This document shows positions 1 to 6,593 of a stretch of 7,488 nt of DNA, piece after piece. This DNA is from Carpediemonas membranifera BICM (Eukaryota; Protista; Fornicata), in assembly GCA_019828565.1 (NCBI GenBank), contig JAHDYR010000065.1, positions 1-7,488 of the forward strand, read 5' to 3'. The notes beneath the pieces were generated by a model that was given only the letters and a program-made list of their open reading frames with translations, had not been told where the DNA came from and did not search any database. Made by a program: the position numbers and the translations under genes. Each line of letters opens with the position of its first letter. Within the stretch, counting starts at the first letter, position 1.

Positions 1-1
1 T

Positions 2-373
2 AACCACGCTGAAAGCAAGCTCCACGGCCACACCGGACCGTTCAAGGTCATTGAGGTCAACCCGTTCACGGCAGTCGTCGTACCGCTCCTCGCCAACGAA
101 CCGCGACGCACAGTCCACCTGTCCCACCTCATTCCGCTCAAGTCCGACCTCTCTGAGGGCGAGCTCGCCTACTTCGCCGCTACAGACCAAGAGGAATGGT
201 ACGTTGAACGGATCGTCAAGTCCAAGCCCGGCTTCCTGCGCGTCAAGTGGCTCGGTAGCTCCGAGCTGTCCTGGGAGCCCATCGACGCCGTCCGCCACAC
301 TCCCGCCGCCAAGAAGTTCTTAGCCGCTCACCCCGAGCTGCTCAGGGAGGGCAGTGACGCATCACCTGATTAA
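2..373 (+). CDS. pol: C-terminus of Ty3/Gypsy (chromovirus-type) Pol: integrase GPY/F module plus chromodomain, 5' partial
   Basis: Frame from nt 2 is open to TAA at 371-373 (not in the ORF track): NHAESKLHGHTGPFKVIEVNPFTAVVVPLLANEPRRTVHLSHLIPLKSD...EEWYVERIVKSKPGFLRVKWLGSSELSWEPIDAV... The KL..GPFKV...VHxSHL segment is the GPY/F integrase C-terminal motif. EEWYVERIV..LRVKWLG..SWEP (from nt 191) is a chromodomain. Confidence 0.92.
   Translation, partial: NHAESKLHGHTGPFKVIEVNPFTAVVVPLLANEPRRTVHLSHLIPLKSDLSEGELAYFAATDQEEWYVERIVKSKPGFLRVKWLGSSELSWEPIDAVRHTPAAKKFLAAHPELLREGSDASPD
344..364 (+). mobile_element. Polypurine tract and probable first bases of a 3' LTR
   Basis: AGGGAGGGCAG (344-354) is followed directly by TG (355) at the end of the chromodomain-bearing pol ORF, the usual PPT/LTR arrangement in Gypsy elements. 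No LTR body can be identified beyond about 367. Confidence 0.65.
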
Positions 374-600
374 AACGAATTCTCGAATACCCGTCGTTTA
401 CGCCACAGTGGAGGCATGGACATGTCGATATGTATCCCGTTCCCCATACGAATCAGCTTTCCGTCCGTCCGTAGCTTGTAAAGAAGGAATATGTCTGTTT
501 CCAAGTCCTCTGGAGCCCCGTCGTTGTCTTCAAACGACCAAATGCCATGTATAACGAATATAAAGGTTGAACGGAATGAATCGTCGAAGGTAAGAGGCAT
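370..600 (-). pseudogene. Truncated paralog of the N-terminus of the 4768-6593 gene
   Basis: MPLTFDDSFRSTFIFVIHGIWSFEDNDGAPEDLETDIFLLYKLRTDGKLIR aligns without gaps to MNFPEAFRSTFVFVLHGVWTFKDVFGDDNSIETDIFLTYQLKRNGTMSR (about 45% identity over ~62 aa by hand). Protein similarity is lost after HIDMSMPP, and the ORF stops at the retroelement junction. Confidence 0.85.
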
Positions 601-662
601 TTCTACCTTGAAAGGTACAAAAGTGCCTTTGTGTCTTTGTGGTTAAAATGCTTGACGTTTGA

Positions 663-926
663 ATGCGCTTCAGTATCGGTGGTGCGGCTCAGACAACGCC
701 ATTGAACTTTGTTCGATGGTTGACACGCAATGATAACCTCTCTTCCGCCATGCTGAAGCAGTTTGTTCGTCAGTGCGACAATTTCAGACACATGAGCAAT
801 GTGCACGTACGGGGCCTCAAGAGCGATGATGAGATTGTTGTGAATGAACAGGGGTGGGCTCCCGACGTTGCTGTTCACGCTGCACCCATGCCTAACGATG
901 ATGCTAACATATATCTCGTCGCGGCA
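663..926 (+). pseudogene. Truncated paralog of the N-terminus of the 2136-4697 SET-OTU gene (ORF runs on to 1010 in unrelated sequence)
   Basis: Shares PLxFxRWLTR, FVRQC, RGLKSD, IVVxExGW and NIYLVAA with aa 9-95 of the 861-aa ORF (about half identical over 88 aa by hand). Homology ends abruptly after NIYLVAA at 926, at the first strand of the SET domain. Confidence 0.88.
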
Positions 927-948
927 TATAGAGAGACTTTAATCGACT

Positions 949-1278
949 TTAATCATCTTCCTCTTCTTCTTCTTCCGACATGTCCATCAACATTTCCTCC
1001 TGCCACTTGAAGTAGAGATAGTTGTATTCTTGGCACAACTTGAAGGCGGTCAGGTTCTGTGCCTCCGCCATGCTGTTGCCGGCGGCAGTGAAGACCTCCT
1101 TTTGCCCCCCTTTCCGTTGGATTGTATACGTATACGTATACTGGGTTGGACGGCCATGCACTGAGGGTTGGGGATGTCCTTCAGACCGAGTGATGGCACC
1201 CTTCTCCAGTGGCCACCTCAGCTGCACGGCCTCTTGAACGCATTCGGCCCAGGAAGAAACGGCATCGTAATCGTACAT
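949..1278 (-). CDS. Small dsRNA-binding-domain-like (dsRBD/DSRM) protein with acidic tail, ~109 aa (frame is open up to 1473)
   Basis: MYDYDAVSSWAECVQ...GHPQPSVHGRPTQYTYTYTIQRKGGQKEVFTAAGNSMAEAQNLTAFKLCQEY fits the alpha-beta-beta-beta-alpha dsRBD pattern (S-x-x-E-x-x-Q helix 1, His in the beta1-beta2 loop, G-x-S-x-x-E-A-x-x-x-x-A helix 2). It ends in SEEEEEEDD. The start at ATG 1278 is inferred. Confidence 0.6.
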   Translation of the reverse strand: MYDYDAVSSWAECVQEAVQLRWPLEKGAITRSEGHPQPSVHGRPTQYTYTYTIQRKGGQKEVFTAAGNSMAEAQNLTAFKLCQEYNYLYFKWQEEMLMDMSEEEEEEDD

Positions 1279-1434
1279 GCGCTCTTCGGGCTCGTGTTGG
1301 ACCGGAGAATGCAAGTCACAAGCTCGACGGGATCTGCCGTTAAATGGACCGGTCCACGCGTCGCTTGAGTGACGGGCGCGCTTGTCGATAGGCTTCCAGC
1401 CACCAATACCTCGTTTCGCCATTATGAGCATTTT

Positions 1435-1956
1435 ATGAAGATGAAGAAGATGAAGTTCAACGTAACACTGCACAAGGATGACATATATGACCTAATATAC
1501 GAAGCTTCTGCCAATGTGTTCGACAACATACCGCACATAGACCCCATGGACAAGAATGACCTCTCAGTAGAGGTAGACAACGACGACACCATGAATTCAA
1601 GGAAAACACCGTTTAAGATGATCAAAGTACAAGCATATGGACGGTCTGAACTATCGGCAAGGTGGTATCCATTGAAGGATGATCACAACAAGGGAAAAGT
1701 CGGCCATTGGACCGGAAACTCTGTCGATCGCATTCAAAAGGAGATAGCAAGAGTGTTACATACGACCAGTTGCTATGAAAGGAGTAATATGTCGGCTGAC
1801 ATGCATCTTCTCGTGAAAGAAGAAGCGGTGGCTCCGTCTGCCCCTCCAGATCAACCCATGACCGAAGCCGAAGTTTTGGCAATGATTGATGCGTTAGAAT
1901 TGGCGGGGTATGAGGTCAAGAAGAAAGGCACGTCGCCCCGGGTTCACTACAAGTGA
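1435..1956 (+). CDS. Hypothetical protein, ~173 aa
   Basis: Open frame 1369-1956 with first in-frame ATG at 1435 ([10 protein letters not shown]...). Globular-looking composition, divergent from the dsRBD-like gene. No family recognised. Confidence 0.6.
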   Translation: MKMKKMKFNVTLHKDDIYDLIYEASANVFDNIPHIDPMDKNDLSVEVDNDDTMNSRKTPFKMIKVQAYGRSELSARWYPLKDDHNKGKVGHWTGNSVDRIQKEIARVLHTTSCYERSNMSADMHLLVKEEAVAPSAPPDQPMTEAEVLAMIDALELAGYEVKKKGTSPRVHYK

Positions 1957-1976
1957 CTTGTCGTGAGTCTACACTG

Positions 1977-2069
1977 GTTGTCTCTGACGAGCACGGCATC
2001 GACCCCGCTGGCAAGTACAACGGCGACTCCGAGCCCCAGATCGAGCGCATCCACGTGTACTACAACTAG
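1977..2069 (+). pseudogene. tubB: Beta-tubulin gene fragment (approx. residues 23-53)
   Basis: Translates [30 protein letters not shown], matching the conserved beta-tubulin segment [31 protein letters not shown]. The expected Glu codon is TAG. No MREIV start upstream and no tubulin similarity downstream. Confidence 0.93.
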
Positions 2070-2135
2070 ACTGACTGCTACGACTGTAAGGTAAGGTCCC
2101 CACAATGTGTTAGACATTAAACCGGACTTTACACA

Positions 2136-4697
2136 TCATATATCATTCTTCTTCTCGGCCTGTGTGGCCCTTCCCTTGCGCCTAGTGGCGCGGGGCTTGG
2201 CGGGGGACTCGGTGGGCTTGGCGGGGGACTCGGTGGGCTTGCCGGGGGACTCGGTGGGCTTGCCGGGGGACTCGGCGGGAATTAACGTGTGCATGGTGAA
2301 GTGATTCACACCATTATAATGGATCAGGAAGGAGGGAGTATGGCTTGGTAAATCTGATGAGATGCGCCAAAGCTCATTTTCAGGTATGAACACCCTGAGG
2401 TGTTCCTGAGGTGAATGCGAATGGGTGTACACAGGGGAAGCGGCCAGCTCAAATAACTTGCACATCATCGGCGCCAGAAGGGAAATGCTGAATACATCCA
2501 AAAAATCGTTCCTTGTGTAGTGGTGGTAAAGCTCGCCGACGTTGAACCGTGTGTGAATGGGGCTTTCGGCATCGTGAAAAACTCGCTCCAGGGCGCTCTT
2601 CAGCTCTTTCAGCTGCTCGTGCGTGATCTGCTGCCCACCTGTCAGCGCACCGAAGAGAGAGTAGACCAGGCACTTGTTGTTGGCAGACTCATCAATGGTC
2701 AATGTGTAGTTGACCATCGTGTCACCCGTGTCTGCGTCACTCAACTCTTCGACATTGTAAGACTTTCCCAAGTCCAAGTCGTGTGCGGACGGTAGCCGAT
2801 TGGGTTCGAATATGTCATACACCGTTGGCGTGGGGCTGCCGGAACGTACAGCAGGTGACATCGCAATCCTCGGTACACTGCCTGTGGGGCGTGATTGTCC
2901 GTGACTGTGACCTATCGCCCATGCAGTTGTCGGCCTGAGTGATATCCATGCCTCAGCAATCGCATATAGGCACGGGGAGTGAGTGCCGACAAACCCTGGG
3001 GAAGGAAACGCACATGCTGACTCCGAGAAAAAGTCTAGCACCTGCAATGGCTTGAGCTTAGCCACCATCCGCCTGTACATGGGGACTGACAGCAACTGGC
3101 CTCGTGTGACTGGTACATTCGGTGTGTAAACATAAATCACCGGCGTATCGTCTGATGGATAAAGATCTGTGTCGTGGATGATGGCCGTATATAGCCAGGC
3201 TGAGCGGGTATCAGTATTGTTGACAGAGGCAGCAGTGACGAAAGGAATCATTCCCAGGAAAGACATGACGTGAGGGAATGTGTCTGGTGATGTGACCAGA
3301 AACATGTTCGTCGCGCGCGCATCAGCATTCAGCAGTGAGTCACCGGCAATCCGGAAGAACCTGCGAACTTCTGAATCGTCAGAGGAGCCCATCGCGTCCC
3401 ACCATAGTGACAATGCCCGTTGGAAGACGTCATCTGGTGAGATGAGCAGCTGCCGTGCCTCGCCCAGCTCGCCGATATACCCTGCAGGTTCCGTGTCCTT
3501 GGCAAGTGATGGGGGGTTAACGACGATCTCCGGGCCAACCATCCGCGTGCACACCACACTAAGAGCACTCCCCTCCTCTTGAACGACTAACCCGGGCAAA
3601 CGAGTCACCGATCGGCCAACTTGACGAGAGAATAACAGCTCCTTGTGACGCATAGTGATGATCACATTATTCTTGATGACACAGGGAGTAAACTGCTGGT
3701 AGGCGAGGCTGGCGACGCGAGTCAATGGCCTCTTTTTGCCTGTGGCCTGTGCCACCTCCTCCGAGTGGTAGATCTCCTTGCTGCTTTGCGAGGAGTCCCG
3801 AGTAAGGTTGATGTGTGGGGTGGCACCATAGTCGGATGGATACTGTTCTGGGGTGTTCTGCGGGGGCAGGTGGGTATGGTGAATGCCAGATTCATGAACA
3901 TGCGTGGAGCGGCGGGCACTCGTTGGGCCTCTGCCCCGGGCTGCGACGTGTTGTGGGGTCGCATGATCGCTATCGAGTGATGTGGAAGAGGTGGGGTTTG
4001 GAGGTCTTCGCGAGTTGCGCAGCACGTCGCTCCGAGGGCCAGGCGTCTTCTTCAGCGAGACAGACACAGCATCGCTGAGCGAAAGTAAGTCGGGCACGGG
4101 CTTAACTTGAAAAGGAACTGTGGGGGCGTAGCTGACCTTAAGCGGTGAGTTCTTGTCAATATCATCCAGAGCGACGATAATGGGGACGAGTAGATGACCA
4201 AAGGCGACCTTCATCGCTGCCCAGCGGAATGCTAGGTTAGCATCCTCAGCATTGGCGTGGGCAATGCGGGATGGCTCGCGGCAGCTGGAAGTATTGGTCT
4301 GGCGGGCATCCAGAACGGCGGGAGAACCATCCATAGAGAATGGAACGCACAGTGTGTGTGTATCTTCTTTGGCAGCAGGTGGGGAGGATAGATGGCCAGA
4401 GTAGACAGCCACAATTGCGCCCTTCTTGATTTGCGTCGCCGCAACGAGGTAAATGTTATCAACATCGTCCGCCATGCCTGTGGCATGAGTTGAAATGCCA
4501 GGCAGCCATCCTCGTTCGTCTACAACGATCTTAGCATCGCTCTTGAGGCCACGGATGAGAGAAAGGTTTCCTTTCATGAATTGCTCACACTGCCGAACGA
4601 ACATCGTCAGTGTTGATAACGGGAGGTCCTTGTGGCGCGTTAACCATCTGAAAAAGTCTAACGGAGACGATTCTCGTCCTTCCAAGGTGAAGTACAT
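2136..4697 (-). CDS. Multidomain protein: N-terminal domain, divergent SET domain, low-complexity linker, unknown conserved domain, OTU-like cysteine protease, SPxK repeat/basic tail (~853 aa)
   Basis: Long uninterrupted ORF. ATG 4697 aligns with ATG 663 of the paralog. SET motifs at nt 4128-4454: LVAATQIKKGAIVAVYSG, VLDAR, SRIAHANAEDAN, IVALDDIDKNSPLKVSY. OTU-like motifs at ~2290-2715: ANNKCLVYSLFGALTGGQQITHEQLK (Cys codon 2670-2672) and LIHYNGVNHF (His codon 2301-2303). Confidence 0.8.
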   Translation of the reverse strand: MYFTLEGRESSPLDFFRWLTRHKDLPLSTLTMFVRQCEQFMKGNLSLIRGLKSDAKIVVDERGWLPGISTHATGMADDVDNIYLVAATQIKKGAIVAVYSGHLSSPPAAKEDTHTLCVPFSMDGSPAVLDARQTNTSSCREPSRIAHANAEDANLAFRWAAMKVAFGHLLVPIIVALDDIDKNSPLKVSYAPTVPFQVKPVPDLLSLSDAVSVSLKKTPGPRSDVLRNSRRPPNPTSSTSLDSDHATPQHVAARGRGPTSARRSTHVHESGIHHTHLPPQNTPEQYPSDYGATPHINLTRDSSQSSKEIYHSEEVAQATGKKRPLTRVASLAYQQFTPCVIKNNVIITMRHKELLFSRQVGRSVTRLPGLVVQEEGSALSVVCTRMVGPEIVVNPPSLAKDTEPAGYIGELGEARQLLISPDDVFQRALSLWWDAMGSSDDSEVRRFFRIAGDSLLNADARATNMFLVTSPDTFPHVMSFLGMIPFVTAASVNNTDTRSAWLYTAIIHDTDLYPSDDTPVIYVYTPNVPVTRGQLLSVPMYRRMVAKLKPLQVLDFFSESACAFPSPGFVGTHSPCLYAIAEAWISLRPTTAWAIGHSHGQSRPTGSVPRIAMSPAVRSGSPTPTVYDIFEPNRLPSAHDLDLGKSYNVEELSDADTGDTMVNYTLTIDESANNKCLVYSLFGALTGGQQITHEQLKELKSALERVFHDAESPIHTRFNVGELYHHYTRNDFLDVFSISLLAPMMCKLFELAASPVYTHSHSPQEHLRVFIPENELWRISSDLPSHTPSFLIHYNGVNHFTMHTLIPAESPGKPTESPGKPTESPAKPTESPAKPRATRRKGRATQAEKKNDI
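2193..2279. repeat. Coding tandem repeat, 4 x 21 bp
   Basis: Units GGGCTTG(GC/CC)GGGGGACTCGG(T/C) start at 2193, 2214, 2235 and 2256. On the minus strand they encode (A/T)ESP(G/A)KP x4. Confidence 0.97.
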
Positions 4698-4767
4698 TCC
4701 AACAACTACCTTCAAAAGCACAATTCTGCCTTAATTGCCTCAATTCTCCCATTAACGGTAGAAATCC

Positions 4768-6593
4768 ATGAACTTCCCGGAAGCCTTCAGATCCACGTTT
4801 GTCTTCGTTCTACATGGCGTATGGACCTTTAAGGACGTATTTGGTGATGATAATTCGATCGAAACGGACATTTTCCTCACTTACCAGCTGAAACGCAACG
4901 GAACGATGTCTCGTGCGATCACACCGTTTCATGTCAACATGGAGGAGACACCGAACGTTGATTCGGTGTCAACGTTGGAATTTGATGTTAATCATGCAAT
5001 GGAAACAGACGAGTTTCGGCCCAGAGGAGATCCAGGTATGTACACGCTCACACAGCTTGAACCATACGTCCGCGCCTCCAGCGAGGAGACATGGGTCATC
5101 ATCTCAAAGGCCATGATCATCCCGCTGATGTCCCTCGATGTTCCCTCGTTCGATCCTCTCCCCAACGCTCCCCAACACCCGACACATGATCATCCCGCAG
5201 CTGACATAGTGTCAGTCAATGTGTGGACCAAACAGGTCGAGGACATCAAGAGGAAAGTGGTCCTCAACACCGAGAAGGGTCGCTGTCTCGTGTGCGGCGA
5301 CGTCATCCTTTCATCAACCAAGGTATCCCGAATAATACGGTTGTTGCCGTCTACTCAGGCCTCTTATCACCCACACCAGCTCCCGCCGACGATACACACA
5401 CGCTACAAGTCCCGTTTTCACTGGACGATTCTCCTGCCGTTCTGGATGCCCGAGAATCACGTTCCGGAAGCAACCGTGAGCCTTCCCGCATTGGACACGC
5501 CAGCGACGAAGATGCGAATCTTGCCTTCAGATGGGCGGCGATGGAGACCGACACTGGCCACATGATGATCCCAATAATTGTCGCGGTGATGGATATTGCA
5601 AAGCATAAGGCACTTGCGCTCAGCTACACAGACAAGTCTGTACCATTTGATGTCTGCACAATGCCCAGCTTGGATACACTGAGTGATGCTGTGTCCAGGG
5701 CGACGAGAAGACCGGGCCCAAGGAGCGACTTCCTCCGCAATGCCAACCGAAGGAAACATGTCTTGAAACAACACTCTACCCCAGAGATGCTGTCTAATGT
5801 CGCGATTCACAATGTCCCCGACACCATCACTGTGAACACTGCATCAGGCCTGACAGCTGACCAGACCACTGACAAGCCCTCCCCGCCGACTCAAGTCGAC
5901 ACGCTATCATATGAGGGGTTCACCTCCTGTATCGTGTCGACTGGTCGCATTTTGATATCAGGGAAGGACGACCTCCGGAGGAAGTGGCAGCGAGGAAGAT
6001 CTGTCGCCTGCCTCGGGGGTCTGATTGTCTCCGACCCATACAGGATTATTCACGCGCGTGTTTTGCGCCCGTGCGGGGCGATGCCCATTTTTGAGTATCT
6101 GCCTACGAATCTGCCAGCAGATGCCGGGTATTTGAGTGAGCAGGGACCGGCTTTCGACCTCATTCACAACACAGCAAAAGGCACCAGAGATATTATCAGT
6201 CTCTGGTACAATGTGGTACCCGGAGGTTCTGTCGTTAACGCATTCTTCCGTGCTATTGGCGATGTCATCCTTGGCGAGGATCATAATAGGCCTCACATGT
6301 ATATTCGGGTGAGCGAGTTGACCTATTCTATTGTCTTCGACTTCCTTCTATCCCTGCCGTTTGTGATATACACCAGATGTAACACGCAACTCGAGCGTCC
6401 CGCGTGGTTGTACACACTTACCGAAGATGCTCGGCATTTGAACCAGTATCTCGAGGGTTGCTGGATTTACATGGTGAAGACAGATTCACCTGATGTCCCC
6501 TTATTGCTACGGCAGTCTGGCCGTAGGATAGTATCCTTCAACTTCATACCGCGTATGGCGGAACTTTCGAAACCGCGGCTCATTGTGCCATAA
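4768..6593 (+). CDS. Paralogous divergent SET-domain protein, split by a -1 frame change at ~5320 (joins ORFs 4768..5565 and 5223..6593; ~600 aa if joined)
   Basis: VAVYSG...DTHTLxVPFSxDxSPAVLDAR...REPSRIxHAxxEDANLAFRWAAM...PIIVAxxDI...LxxSY is about two-thirds identical to the minus-strand gene over 94 aa (hand count). Also shares LSDAVS..PGPRSD.LRN and the downstream unknown domain. The N-terminus is independently supported by the paralog at 370-600. No OTU domain. Could be a pseudogene. Confidence 0.75.

Noticed and set aside
51-323. Ser/Pro-rich 90-aa ORF in the track
   Set aside because: Shadow frame of the integrase-chromodomain frame (2..373).
927-1010. Tail of the 663..1010 ORF
   Set aside because: Mostly antisense to the acidic tail of the dsRBD-like gene. 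Homology to the paralog ends at 926.
1123-1141. GTATAC x3 self-complementary repeat
   Set aside because: Explained by the YTYTYT beta-strand codons of the dsRBD-like ORF.
927-1976. Degenerate TIRs around the dsRBD/hypothetical pair (AGAGACTTTAATCGAC versus GTCGTGAGTCTACACT)
   Set aside because: The match needs gaps and mismatches and there is no clear TSD; too weak to call.
2193-2279. 21-bp repeats as a CRISPR array
   Set aside because: Directly tandem with no spacers, in frame within a CDS, and the context is eukaryotic.
5323-5565. C-terminal part of the 265-aa ORF as a real protein tail
   Set aside because: Out-of-frame read-through over the SET domain, which is encoded in the -1 frame and confirmed by the paralog.
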